From Desulfobulbaceae bacterium (lineage in GTDB: Bacteria > Desulfobacterota > Desulfobulbia > Desulfobulbales > SURF-16): a stretch of DNA of 64,000 nucleotides. The translations under genes and the position numbers were made by a program. How positions within the stretch are numbered: the first letter of the stretch is position 1; every line of letters starts with the position of its first letter. Location of the stretch: positions 4,321-68,320 of the forward strand of contig JAQIBE010000103.1 in NCBI GenBank assembly GCA_027859235.1. The letters are read 5' to 3'. The notes beneath the pieces were generated by a model. It saw nothing but the letters and a program-made list of their open reading frames with translations. It was not told the DNA's origin and made no database searches. Positions 46,480 through 56,872 of this stretch are shown here, piece by piece.

Positions 46480-47313
46480 ATGGCCAAAAGATCCAGACGC
46501 AGCTCCATCAATAAATATTTCATTTTCGGTCTCCTCATCACCGTGCTCTTGATCATTATTGTTGCGTCAATCGGCCGCAGCCATTTCAATGGACCGCAGA
46601 AATTTGGTCTCGACGTGGTGGGCAAAGGGCAATATATTGTCACCCGCATTAGCGGCGGAGTGAATCATATATGGGAAAGCTATATCGCCCTGTGGGATGT
46701 CCGGGGTGAAAACAAATTTCTGCGGGCAGAACTTGACAAAAGTCTCCTGGCAAACCAGGAGTACCGTGAAGCCATGGCCGCCAATGTGCGGCTGCACAAG
46801 CTCCTTGACTTCAAAGAGTCGATCCAGTCACCCACCATCACAACCCAGATCATAGGCCGAGATCCATCCCTCTGGTTTCACACCCTCACCATTGACCGGG
46901 GTGCAGGGGACGGCATTGAAAAAGGCATGCCTGTCGTCACCGTGGAAGGTGTTGTGGGTCAGATCCTGGAAACCTCCAGAACCAGCTCGAAAGTCCTTCT
47001 GGCCCATGATCAGAATTCAGCAGTCAACGCCCTCATCCAGAAAAACAGGGTCCAGGGCATTATAAAGGGCCGGGGCGCCCAGGAGTATCACCTGCAGTAT
47101 GTTCTCAAGAATGCCGATGTCAGCCAGGGGGATATCATTATCACTTCAGGGCTTGGCGGTTCATTCCCCAAGGGAATACCCATTGCAACCGTCACCAAGG
47201 TGACCAAGACCAGAAGGGGCATGTTTCAAAAAGTCGAAGCTGAACCAACCGTCAACTTCAGTCAATTGGAATACCTCATCGTTATCCTTCAACAAAATTC
47301 GCTGGTTAACTAG
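46480..47313 (+). CDS. mreC: Rod shape-determining protein MreC
   Basis: N-terminal TM segment, a coiled-coil region (LRAELDKSLLANQEYRE) and beta domains (GMPVVTVEGVVGQI, IITSGLGGSFPKGIPIA). Confidence 0.9.
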   Translation: MAKRSRRSSINKYFIFGLLITVLLIIIVASIGRSHFNGPQKFGLDVVGKGQYIVTRISGGVNHIWESYIALWDVRGENKFLRAELDKSLLANQEYREAMAANVRLHKLLDFKESIQSPTITTQIIGRDPSLWFHTLTIDRGAGDGIEKGMPVVTVEGVVGQILETSRTSSKVLLAHDQNSAVNALIQKNRVQGIIKGRGAQEYHLQYVLKNADVSQGDIIITSGLGGSFPKGIPIATVTKVTKTRRGMFQKVEAEPTVNFSQLEYLIVILQQNSLVN

Positions 47314-47315
47314 CC

Positions 47316-47852
47316 ATGCCCTGCGCTCCTTTTATTTTCCTCAGCACCGGGCTTCTCATCCTGCAGACCTCCCTATTCCCCGCTCTACCTGGGTGGTTCA
47401 GCCAGCTTGACCCTCTATTCATCCTCATTGTCTTCATTGCAGTGCACATTGATATCATCCGGGGAACCGTCCTGACTATTTATATCGGCATGATCACCGA
47501 CATTTTCAGCGGGGTCTACTCAGGACTGCACCCCATTACCTATCTCGCGCTGTTCCTGGTCATCAAGGGATTATCACGCCCCCTTGTCCTCTCGGAAGCA
47601 CCTCACCAGATCCCCCTGGTTCTTTCCAGCTACCTCTTTGTATCCTGTTTTATTTTTGTCATAGTGTCATCCCTTGCACCAGCAACGGATCTGCTCTGGA
47701 GCTGGCCAGACCTCTTCATTCGTTTCTTCATGCTGGGTCTGATCACGATTCCCTGTTTTAAATTCTACAGATTTTCCATGGATACCTTTAACCCCAAAAA
47801 CGCCCTGCAGATTCTCATCAAACCAAAACGTGGAAACAAATTCCGCAACTAA
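47316..47852 (+). CDS. mreD: Rod shape-determining protein MreD
   Basis: Small polytopic membrane protein immediately after mreC. Confidence 0.75.
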   Translation: MPCAPFIFLSTGLLILQTSLFPALPGWFSQLDPLFILIVFIAVHIDIIRGTVLTIYIGMITDIFSGVYSGLHPITYLALFLVIKGLSRPLVLSEAPHQIPLVLSSYLFVSCFIFVIVSSLAPATDLLWSWPDLFIRFFMLGLITIPCFKFYRFSMDTFNPKNALQILIKPKRGNKFRN

Positions 47853-47875
47853 CCAAACCAGTGAAATAACCCCCC

Positions 47876-49750
47876 ATGAGTCGTCGCCTGTTAGACCGGA
47901 TCAATACTGTGAATGACGAGGAACTTGCCGTCCTCAAAAAGAGAGTTGACCTCACCATTATTGTCATGGTGTTCTTCATTGCTATTCTGGTGGTGCGCTT
48001 ATGGTTTCTGCAAATTAACCAGGGTGATCTGTATAAGGAAAAGGCCTTAAATAATCGCGTCCGAAAATTACAGATCAGCGCCCCCCGCGGCAATATTCTT
48101 GATCGATATAATCGTATTCTCATCTCCAACCGGCCCCTATTCAACATTCTCTGGACCAGAGACGATGCCGAAGAACCGGATCTGGTTCTCCAGAAGATGT
48201 CCCATATCCTCACAGAAGACATGTCCGACATCCTGAGCCATATTCGGGAAGAAGGAAGTCACCCCAATTATATACCCATCCGCCTCAAAGAGGATGTAAC
48301 CTGGGAAACCGTAGCCTTCATTGAAAACCACTCCCTCGAACTCCCTGGCATCCGCATTGAGGCCGTGCCGTCACGCACCTATAATTACAACAATATGGGC
48401 TCACATCTTGTGGGTTATCTGGCAGAGATATCAAAGACAGAGCTGCGGAAACAAAACAGCGCTGAGTATGCAGGTGGCGATCAAATCGGCAAGATGGGGC
48501 TTGAAAAGATATATGAAGAGGAGCTTCGCGGTAAAAAGGGGGAACGCATCTTTGAGGTTAATGTACATGGCCTGGAACAGCAGCAGCTGAAACTGAACGA
48601 GCCGCTACCAGGCAATGACATCCAGCTCACCCTTGACATTGATCTCCAGCAGAAAGCCGAAGAGTCCATGGCAGGAAGGTCTGGAGCCGTTATTGCCATG
48701 GATATCAGCAGCGGTGAACTGCTGGCCCTGTCCAGTTCGCCCCAAGTCAACCTTGAACATTTCATCGGCGGCATTTCCCAGAAGAACTGGGACAGTCTGC
48801 TCAATGACCCCATGAACCCGCTCCTGGACAAAACCATTCAGGGTCAATATCCGCCAGGCTCAACCTATAAAATAGTTACGGCATTAGCAGGGCTGATGGA
48901 GGGCGTTATTACGCCGGAAACCAATATCCCCTGTTACGGCTCCTTCAAACTCCATGGCCACACCTATGGCTGCTGGAAAAAATGGGGCCATGGCAAGGAT
49001 GTTGATCTCAAAAAGGCCCTGGCGGAATCCTGTGATGTCTATTTTTATCACATCGGCCAGGAGCTGGGTGTTGACACCTTGGCCCGCTACGCCAGAAGCC
49101 TGGGGTTGGGAGAGAAAACCGGGATTATCCTTGAAAACGAAAAAAGCGGCCTTGTCCCCACCAAGGAGTGGAAACATCGCGTTAAAAATCAAGGGTGGCA
49201 ACAGGGTGAAACCGTATCCGTTTCCATTGGTCAGGGGTTCAACCTTACCACGCCCCTCCAGGTTGCCCTGATGACCGCGGCCCTGGCCAATAACGGTCTG
49301 TTCTACAAACCGCAACTCCTCAAGTCCATTAAAGACCCGGACGGCACCACCATCAAGACATTTACCCCCGAACAGAAGGGCACGGCCCTCGGCACTCCCC
49401 AGGCCTTTAAGCTCATCCGTACGGGACTGCATGCAGCAGTACAATCACCCCATGGCACCGGCAAGGCCGCCAAACTCGACACAATAGAAATTGCCGGCAA
49501 GACAGGGACATCCCAGGTCGTTCGTCTCTCACAATTTGAAGGCGTAGATGAAGAAGATATCCCATGGGAGTATCTTGACCATGCGTGGTTCACCTGCTAT
49601 GCCCCTGCGGATAAACCAGAAATAGTCGTGACCGTCATGGTTGAACATGGCGGCCATGGCGGCTCGGCAGCCGGGCCTGTAGCAAAGGCCGTACTTGAAG
49701 AATATTTTAGAAAACAGAATAGAGGAGTCAAGAATCAGGTGGACGAATAA
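47876..49750 (+). CDS. mrdA: Penicillin-binding protein 2 (elongasome transpeptidase)
   Basis: PRGNILDRYNRIL, and the catalytic motifs GSTYK (SxxK), SCD (SxN-type) and KTGT. Confidence 0.9.
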   Translation: MSRRLLDRINTVNDEELAVLKKRVDLTIIVMVFFIAILVVRLWFLQINQGDLYKEKALNNRVRKLQISAPRGNILDRYNRILISNRPLFNILWTRDDAEEPDLVLQKMSHILTEDMSDILSHIREEGSHPNYIPIRLKEDVTWETVAFIENHSLELPGIRIEAVPSRTYNYNNMGSHLVGYLAEISKTELRKQNSAEYAGGDQIGKMGLEKIYEEELRGKKGERIFEVNVHGLEQQQLKLNEPLPGNDIQLTLDIDLQQKAEESMAGRSGAVIAMDISSGELLALSSSPQVNLEHFIGGISQKNWDSLLNDPMNPLLDKTIQGQYPPGSTYKIVTALAGLMEGVITPETNIPCYGSFKLHGHTYGCWKKWGHGKDVDLKKALAESCDVYFYHIGQELGVDTLARYARSLGLGEKTGIILENEKSGLVPTKEWKHRVKNQGWQQGETVSVSIGQGFNLTTPLQVALMTAALANNGLFYKPQLLKSIKDPDGTTIKTFTPEQKGTALGTPQAFKLIRTGLHAAVQSPHGTGKAAKLDTIEIAGKTGTSQVVRLSQFEGVDEEDIPWEYLDHAWFTCYAPADKPEIVVTVMVEHGGHGGSAAGPVAKAVLEEYFRKQNRGVKNQVDE

Positions 49751-49813
49751 AAATAGCACCTCTGCCCAAGCCCCCCATGGGGGGTCACCTCAACACCTAT
49801 TCCTGGAATAACA

Positions 49814-50926
49814 ATGTTTAAATTCGACAGACGTCTCCTCCACAACTTCGACTGGGTCCTCCTGGGTATTGTCGCCCTCATTGGCGCCATGTGCATCGCC
49901 AACCTGTACAGCGCTGTATACTCAGCGCCCCAATACGGCACCCCGGTGTACATCAAACAACTTTATTTTTTCATCATGGGCTTTGGGCTCATGCTCGCCA
50001 TGGTTTCCTTTGACTACAGGATCCTGGTGGAGTTGAATTACATCTTCTATGCAGGCGTCATTGGCCTCCTGCTCTTTTCACTCTTCATGGGTGAATCCCA
50101 TGCAGACACGCAGCGCTGGATTGATCTCGGTTTTTTCAGGCTGCAGCCCTCTGAACCGGCCAAGCTCATGCTGGTCATCACCCTTGCCAGTTATTATTTC
50201 AGAAAAGATACGGGGAAGGGATTCACCTTTACCGAGCTCATCGTACCCATCATCCTCATGGGTGTTCCGTTTTTACTCATCCTCAAGCAGCCGGATCTTG
50301 GCACCGCACTCATGCTCAGTTTTGTATTCGTATCCATGACCCTCTTTGTCAAACTGCGCTTCGTAACCTTTGCGACCCTTGTTACCATTGCCCTAACCCT
50401 TATCGGGCTTGGCTGGAGATTCGTTCTCAAGCCTTACCAGAAAATGCGGATTGAAACCTTTCTCAACCCGGATATCGACAAGCTGAACACAGGCTACCAT
50501 ATCACCCAGTCAAAAATTGCCGTGGGCAGCGGGGGGATTTGGGGTAAAGGCTATCTTCAGGGAACCCAGGGCCAACTGGACTTTCTGCCAGAGCGGCATA
50601 CCGACTTTGCCTTTTCGATCTGGGCCGAGGAATGGGGATTCCTCGGCTCCCTCTTCTTTTTCGCCGTCTACTTCTCCCTTATCTTCTGGGGGCTGAATAT
50701 TGCGGTTTCATCCCGTGATAAATTCGGCACCCTGCTCTGTGTCGGGGTGGTTTCACTCATCTTCTGGCAGGCCTTTATTAATCTGGCCATGATTATGGGA
50801 TTGCTGCCCGTGGTGGGTATGCCCCTACCCCTCTTCTCCTATGGAGGATCATCGCTCCTGACAACCATGGCTGGAATTGGAATTTTACTGAATGTGCGGA
50901 TGCGCAGGTATCAGGCGCCGATTTAA
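49814..50926 (+). CDS. rodA: Peptidoglycan glycosyltransferase RodA (SEDS family)
   Basis: RLQPSEPAKL, PDLGTAL, HTDFAFS and PLPLFSYGGSS are conserved SEDS blocks. It follows mrdA. Confidence 0.9.
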   Translation: MFKFDRRLLHNFDWVLLGIVALIGAMCIANLYSAVYSAPQYGTPVYIKQLYFFIMGFGLMLAMVSFDYRILVELNYIFYAGVIGLLLFSLFMGESHADTQRWIDLGFFRLQPSEPAKLMLVITLASYYFRKDTGKGFTFTELIVPIILMGVPFLLILKQPDLGTALMLSFVFVSMTLFVKLRFVTFATLVTIALTLIGLGWRFVLKPYQKMRIETFLNPDIDKLNTGYHITQSKIAVGSGGIWGKGYLQGTQGQLDFLPERHTDFAFSIWAEEWGFLGSLFFFAVYFSLIFWGLNIAVSSRDKFGTLLCVGVVSLIFWQAFINLAMIMGLLPVVGMPLPLFSYGGSSLLTTMAGIGILLNVRMRRYQAPI

Positions 50927-51116
50927 AAGAAGGTAGGGAGAATTCAGGGTTGAGAACGTTGAGGCTTCAGGTTAAGCATGACTGGCAAGCGGCTTGATTT
51001 TTTCCCGGCCTTTCACATAAGGGGCCAGAATGTTAACCAAGGTAAGCGTAGACTCCGTTGCAGCAATTTCTTTACACCTCTTTATGCAGCTATGGACATC
51101 TCAGTGACCATGTTTT

Positions 51117-52118
51117 TTACAACTGCTTAGATGCATCCAGCCAGCCCTGAGCAGAGCAAGCCTCTCTGACAAGCTTTGCCAGTCCTTCAATAAATTCAGG
51201 TTCCGTATTGAGGGACCGTGTCCGGTGCAAGCGGATACCTAACCCCTCAGCCAGTTCACCATATTGAATATCAATTTCATACAGGGTCTCAACATGGTCA
51301 GAGACAAAACTGATGGGCACCATCACCACATCCTTCACCCCCTGGGCTGACAGCTCAGTCAGGGTATGGGGCGTTGACGGCGCAAGCCACTCCACAGGGC
51401 CTGAACGGGACTGAAAACACAGGGTGCCGCCCAGCCCTGTCTGCTTCTCAATGGCGCTAATCGTCTTGGCCAAATCATCGAGATATGGATCACCCTCTTC
51501 AATAAACTTCACCGGCAGACTATGGGCCGAATAGACAATAGTTGGTGAAACAGCGGCCGGAAGTTTCTTAATCTCCTGGCGGATCCCCCGAACCAGACAA
51601 TGCACATATTCGGCCTGGTCAGGCCAAGATGCAACCGGGGTGATGTGAAAGTCATAGTCCAGTTTTGCAGCAGCCTGCTCCAAATCAAGCAGGGAGGAAC
51701 CGGTGGTGGCCAAGGAATAATGGGGATAGAGGGTCAGGGCAACAATGTCCGTAATGCCAGCCTGGCCAAATTCTTCAAGCACCTCCTCGGCACCTGGATG
51801 CCAGTAGCGCATAACCATTTCCACCTTGAAATCAGCAATAGATGCAAGCCGCTCTTCAAGGGCCTGCCCCTGCTCACCGGTAATCCTCTTTAAGGGCGAA
51901 CCACCGCCGATCTGCGCATAGGCCTTACAGGATTTTGGTGCTCTACGGTGGGCAATAAGCCAGGCAATGGGCTTTTGCAGAAAAGGCAGGGGGGATAAAC
52001 GGATGATCTGGCGATCAGAAAAGAGATTATACAGGAAGGGCTCAACATCCGGCAACCGCTCAGGCCCGCCAAGGTTGAGGAGAAGTACGCCGATTTGTTT
52101 TTTTATGTCTTTTGCCAT
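51117..52118 (-). CDS. hemH: Ferrochelatase
   Basis: GVLLLNLGGPERLPDVEPFLYNLFSD, and the catalytic His region ISFVSDHVETLYEID. I prefer the ATG at 52118. Confidence 0.85.
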   Translation of the reverse strand: MAKDIKKQIGVLLLNLGGPERLPDVEPFLYNLFSDRQIIRLSPLPFLQKPIAWLIAHRRAPKSCKAYAQIGGGSPLKRITGEQGQALEERLASIADFKVEMVMRYWHPGAEEVLEEFGQAGITDIVALTLYPHYSLATTGSSLLDLEQAAAKLDYDFHITPVASWPDQAEYVHCLVRGIRQEIKKLPAAVSPTIVYSAHSLPVKFIEEGDPYLDDLAKTISAIEKQTGLGGTLCFQSRSGPVEWLAPSTPHTLTELSAQGVKDVVMVPISFVSDHVETLYEIDIQYGELAEGLGIRLHRTRSLNTEPEFIEGLAKLVREACSAQGWLDASKQL

Positions 52119-52170
52119 AACATTTTTATTCCTTTTCAGCCCTGAAATGGCCACTCCCCCATAAACTCGC

Positions 52171-52752
52171 TCAAAAAGGAAAGCTGCTGGACTCAACCAG
52201 CTGGGCAACGGCCTCCGGAGCTATGGGTAAATCCGAAAAAATACGTCGTTCCACATCATAACATTGGCCGAAATTCAAACGGATGGCATCAATAATCTCC
52301 TGCTTGCCCAGCCCATATCTATCTTCTATATAGGTTTGACGCTCGGCAAGGGAGACAATCTCAGCATGGCGAACCCGCTTATCGGCATAATAGACAACTT
52401 CAGTCGCCGATATGGGCCGATTATAATCAGCTAGGATAACATGCTCCAGGACAATAACAGCAACTTCTCCACAGTCATGCCTTAAGCAGATTTCACCACC
52501 CAGTTCAGCATGACTACACGTGCCGTTCAAACATGGGGTCTTGGCAATATCATGAAGCAAGGCGCCGGCTACAACAAGATCCTCATCCAGCGCAGGAGCG
52601 CCAGCGCCGGGCGCGATGGGAGATGACGCCTTCACCAGTTCACGCGTCAGCATGACTGCCACCCGCGCCACCTGCAGGGAATGATCTCTGATATTATCCA
52701 GCATCCCATATTCTTCCATGAGGCTGGTACACTCTGCTACGGTTGGAATCAT
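52171..52752 (-). CDS. HD-domain phosphohydrolase
   Basis: H...HD motif (LLHDIAK) and a downstream His/Asp pattern. Located between hemE and hemH. Confidence 0.7.
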   Translation of the reverse strand: MIPTVAECTSLMEEYGMLDNIRDHSLQVARVAVMLTRELVKASSPIAPGAGAPALDEDLVVAGALLHDIAKTPCLNGTCSHAELGGEICLRHDCGEVAVIVLEHVILADYNRPISATEVVYYADKRVRHAEIVSLAERQTYIEDRYGLGKQEIIDAIRLNFGQCYDVERRIFSDLPIAPEAVAQLVESSSFPF

Positions 52753-52921
52753 TTCTTGAGGTCGGGGTTAACACTCCTATTTAGTCTGAAGGTTGCTTAG
52801 TCCGTAGTTTTTTTTCCGAGAAGAATGGTTCGCCTGTAGGCATCCCCCTAATTGAATAGGGAGGGGAACCACAATCGAACACACTACAGACTAAACACCT
52901 AACTCACCTAACCCACCTAAT

Positions 52922-53944
52922 CTAGCGCTTTGACAAACGATGTACCGCATCAACCACAAATTTTGCCTTTGCAGGCGGCGTCTCAGGGAGGATGCCATGC
53001 CCCAGGTTAAAGATATGACCCTTGGCCTTTTTACCCCGCTCAACAATGGCAGCAACACGTTTCTCAAGCTTATCCTCAGGGAGAAGCAGGGCAATGGGAT
53101 CAAGATTTCCCTGAATGACAATATCAGGGCCAAAGGCCTCAATGGCCTTGGGAATATCCACCCGCCAGTCAATACCGAGGATATCCGCCCCGGACTCAGG
53201 GGTCAGATCCAGCAATCCGGCACAATTATTGGCAAAGTAAATGAGTGGAACGCCAGAGGGCTTCAAGGCCGTGATAATATCCTGCACATAGGGCAGGGCA
53301 AACTCTGAAAAGTCACCCGGAGACAAAGCACCGGCCCAGGAGTCAAAGATCTGCAGGGCCTGGGCGCCAGCTTCAACCTGGGCCTGCAGATAGGTAATGA
53401 GGGATGCGGTAATACGCCTCATCAGATTGTGGTATAGTTCCGGGGCCTGATACATCATCTTCTTGGTGGACCAGAAGGCCTTGGAAGAGCCTCCTTCAAT
53501 GGCATAGGTGGACAGGGTAAAGGGTGCGCCACAAAAACCGATGAGCGGCACCTGCAGCTCTTTGCGCAGCAGGCTGATGGTATCCATCACATAGCCCAGC
53601 TTATCAATGGGATCCGGATCAATGAGCTTGTCCAGATCAGCCTGACTGCGGATGGGATTGGGCAAGACAGGCCCCTGCTTTTCCTTAAAGGTAAGCTCCA
53701 TACCCATGGCATCAAGAGTCACCAGAATATCGGAGAAGAGGATCGCCGCATCAACCCCGATAATATCCACAGGCTGCATGGTCACCTCAGCGGCCCGCTC
53801 CGGAGTCTTACAGAGCTCCAGAAAGGTCATTTTTGAGCGAACCTTATGGTACTCAGGAAGATACCGTCCAGCCTGGCGCATAATCCAGATAGGGGTATAA
53901 TCAACTGCTTCGCCTCTACATGCCTTCAAAAAAGTATCATTCAT
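52922..53944 (-). CDS. hemE: Uroporphyrinogen decarboxylase
   Basis: The PIWIMRQAGRYLPEY signature at the N-terminus and IFNLGHGI near the C-terminus. Confidence 0.9.
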   Translation of the reverse strand: MNDTFLKACRGEAVDYTPIWIMRQAGRYLPEYHKVRSKMTFLELCKTPERAAEVTMQPVDIIGVDAAILFSDILVTLDAMGMELTFKEKQGPVLPNPIRSQADLDKLIDPDPIDKLGYVMDTISLLRKELQVPLIGFCGAPFTLSTYAIEGGSSKAFWSTKKMMYQAPELYHNLMRRITASLITYLQAQVEAGAQALQIFDSWAGALSPGDFSEFALPYVQDIITALKPSGVPLIYFANNCAGLLDLTPESGADILGIDWRVDIPKAIEAFGPDIVIQGNLDPIALLLPEDKLEKRVAAIVERGKKAKGHIFNLGHGILPETPPAKAKFVVDAVHRLSKR

Positions 53945-54120
53945 ATGTTTTTACTATGGTTATGCCGATGAGATTTACTTTGCAGGTTTGCGGGGACAAA
54001 ATCGCAGAGGACGACTAGTTCAGCATGTCCAGGTGATTCTGTAGCAAAAAAATCTCAGGCTTTTATCTTAAAGAGTAACGGCAGAATACATGAGTCTGCC
54101 CATCTCAGCAGCAACAACAC

Positions 54121-55182
54121 TCAACCCTTATAATTCCGGGGGATATGCTTACAAAATGGCTCTTCCGCCATATAGTCGCCGGTCATAGCGTAGGCCCGGG
54201 CCCGGCAGCCACCACAGACATTCACATATTCACAGGCACCGCATCTCCCCTTATAGGCCTTGAAATCACGCATATCATGGAAGAGTTTGGAATTTTCCCA
54301 GATATCCTTGAAGGACTGCTCGCGGATATTCCCGGCTGCCAGGGGGAAATAACTGCAGGGGAGCACATTGCCATCCACATCAATGAGGCAAATCATCTGG
54401 CCGGCGAGACAGCCTTTCGAGCCGCCGGTGGAAAACTTCAGACTACGTTGTTTGAAATCATCACCCAGCTCCTTCTTCTTCTCCAGCACCAAACGGTAAT
54501 AACTGGGGGCACAGGTGGGACGCACGAGGATCTCATCCTCATGTTTTTCCATCTCGTAATGCCATTCCAGCAGTTCATCATACATGGCCTGGGGCACAAG
54601 CTCTGCCATAATATCCTCACCACGACCGGTGGGAACAATCATGAACATATACCACGCAACAGCGCCAAGGGACTTGGCCAGCCTATACACCCCAGGGATG
54701 GATTCTTTATTGCGAATCGTGAATGAGGAGTTGATGAGAAAGGGAATATCATTGGCCCGAAAGAGCTTGGCGGCGTTCATCATGCCAGCAAAGGCGCCGG
54801 ACTGATTTCTAAAATCATCATGCACTTCAGCTGTATCACCATCGAGGGAGAGGGAAACCATCTTAATACCGCTCTCCTTAATACCTGCACAAATCTTGTC
54901 GGTCACCAGGGCGCCATTGGTGGCAAGGCACATCCGTAACCCCTTGTCGGTTCCATATTTGGCGATATCAAACACATCATCGCGCATGAGGGGCTCGCCG
55001 CCGGACAGCACCATAACTGGACTGGCATAGGAGACGATATCATCAATCACCCGCTTGGCCTCAGCCAAAGAAAAATCAGGATGACCATCCACCTCAAGGG
55101 TTGAGGACGAACGGCAATGCACACATTTTAAATTACAACGTCTGGTAATTTCCCAGGCTATCCATTTTGGTATAAATTCCAC
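54121..55182 (-). CDS. Radical SAM / SPASM-domain protein, AhbD/NirJ-like
   Basis: CNLKCVHC (CxxxCxxC) at the N-terminus, GGEPL, and a C-terminal Cys cluster ([17 protein letters not shown]). The heme-related role is inferred from its neighbours hemE and hemH. Confidence 0.65.
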   Translation of the reverse strand: MEFIPKWIAWEITRRCNLKCVHCRSSSTLEVDGHPDFSLAEAKRVIDDIVSYASPVMVLSGGEPLMRDDVFDIAKYGTDKGLRMCLATNGALVTDKICAGIKESGIKMVSLSLDGDTAEVHDDFRNQSGAFAGMMNAAKLFRANDIPFLINSSFTIRNKESIPGVYRLAKSLGAVAWYMFMIVPTGRGEDIMAELVPQAMYDELLEWHYEMEKHEDEILVRPTCAPSYYRLVLEKKKELGDDFKQRSLKFSTGGSKGCLAGQMICLIDVDGNVLPCSYFPLAAGNIREQSFKDIWENSKLFHDMRDFKAYKGRCGACEYVNVCGGCRARAYAMTGDYMAEEPFCKHIPRNYKG

Positions 55183-55382
55183 AGGGTTCCTTGCCTACTG
55201 CTTATTTTATCAATACGGTGTCATCACAAGGATCACAACGACGTTGTGATCCTGCCATAAACGGCCAAACATTTTACCGGCAACCCAGCGCGATCACTGC
55301 ATATGGTTTTACGACAACACACTCGAACAACTGGTCACATCTTTACTGTGAAGCCCCCTTTTTCACAAGGACTTTAAGCATC

Positions 55383-56702
55383 CTACAGGTAGTCTGCTGC
55401 CACCCCTGCAAGCTCTGAACGCTCACTCTTACGCAGGGTAATATGGCCGTGGATCGCAATATTCTTCAACCGTTCCACCGTATACATCAAGCCATTACTG
55501 TCATAATCAAGATAGGGATTATCAATCTGATCCGGGTCACCGGTGAGCACCATCTTGGTCCCGGAACCAGCCCGGCTGATAATGGTTTTGACCTCATGGG
55601 GGGTTAAATTCTGCGCTTCATCAATAATAACAAACTGATTGGAGATTGAGCGTCCGCGAATATAGGTCAAGGCCTCCATTTCAACAATTTCAGCCTTTAA
55701 TAAGTTCTCCACCTGTTTACGGGTGGAGTCCTGCTCACCCTCAGCAATCTTCCCGCCACCACCCAGAATAAAGGTCAGATTGTCAAAGATCGGCTGCATC
55801 CAGTGTCTGAGTTTTTCATCCTTATCCCCGGGCATATAACCCAGATCCTTACCCATGGGAATAATGGGCCTGGAAACCAGAATCTTCTCAAAAAGATGTT
55901 TATTCAATGTTAATTCCAGCGCCGCGGCAAGGGCCAACAGGGTCTTGCCTGTCCCAGCCTGGCCCACGAGGGTCACAATTGACACGGCAGGATCCAGAAG
56001 AAGTTCAAGGGCCATGCGTTGCTCCTTGCTCCGGGAGTGAATATGAAAGGCCGATTCATATTCCTGAACCAAACGGACCAGGGTATTGTCCGAGGTGGCT
56101 TTAGCCAGAGCCGTATGCTGCAGATTAACCTCATCCTGGAGTAATACAAATTCATTGGGACAGAATTCAAATCCCTCAACCGACTGAGGGCCGCTGCTGA
56201 ACACATTATCGATGAGTGCGGACGGCACAATAATTTCCCGATACCCGGAGTACAATTCATCAACATTGACCTTTTGCTTCTCAAAGTCCTGAACCGGAAT
56301 ACCCAGGGCATCGGCCTTCAACCGGGCATTGATGTCCTTGGAGACAAAATTGACCGTTTCCCCCTTCTGCTTCAAGGTATAGGCCACGGCAACGATACGG
56401 TTATCAGCAACGGAAAGATCGAGGTTAGGGTGTTTTACCGACTCAAAGCCAAAGCCAATGCGCAGCGTACCGCCGTTCGCCAGCGGAACCCCTTCTGACA
56501 GTGAACCGCCAAGCCGCAACTGGTCAAGATCACGAATAACCCGCCTGGCATTACGCCCCAGTTCATCACTGCGGGTTTTAAAATTATCCAGCTCCTCAAT
56601 AACGCTCATGGGCAAGACCACGATATTATCCGCAAAGGAGTGGATAGAATCGGCATTATGCAGCAAGACATTGGTATCCAGTACAAAATATTTTACGGCC
56701 AT
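55383..56702 (-). CDS. PIN-domain / PhoH-like ATPase fusion (PhoH2/YlaK type)
   Basis: N-terminal PIN (YFVLDTNVLLH). The PhoH domain has Walker A GQAGTGKT and Walker B VIIDEAQN. Confidence 0.85.
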   Translation of the reverse strand: MAVKYFVLDTNVLLHNADSIHSFADNIVVLPMSVIEELDNFKTRSDELGRNARRVIRDLDQLRLGGSLSEGVPLANGGTLRIGFGFESVKHPNLDLSVADNRIVAVAYTLKQKGETVNFVSKDINARLKADALGIPVQDFEKQKVNVDELYSGYREIIVPSALIDNVFSSGPQSVEGFEFCPNEFVLLQDEVNLQHTALAKATSDNTLVRLVQEYESAFHIHSRSKEQRMALELLLDPAVSIVTLVGQAGTGKTLLALAAALELTLNKHLFEKILVSRPIIPMGKDLGYMPGDKDEKLRHWMQPIFDNLTFILGGGGKIAEGEQDSTRKQVENLLKAEIVEMEALTYIRGRSISNQFVIIDEAQNLTPHEVKTIISRAGSGTKMVLTGDPDQIDNPYLDYDSNGLMYTVERLKNIAIHGHITLRKSERSELAGVAADYL

Positions 56703-56872
56703 AATAACATCCTGAAAAGATTAGCGTAAAACTCCCACCACAAGCGATTGATTCTACCTTCTCATCCTGCTTTCTGGCAAGGGAAAAGCCGCATTGTGCT
56801 GAATTTTGGAGTATGCTATACATGACCCTTGGCGAACCACTCAAAAAGGCTTAACCCCAGCGAGTAATACAT

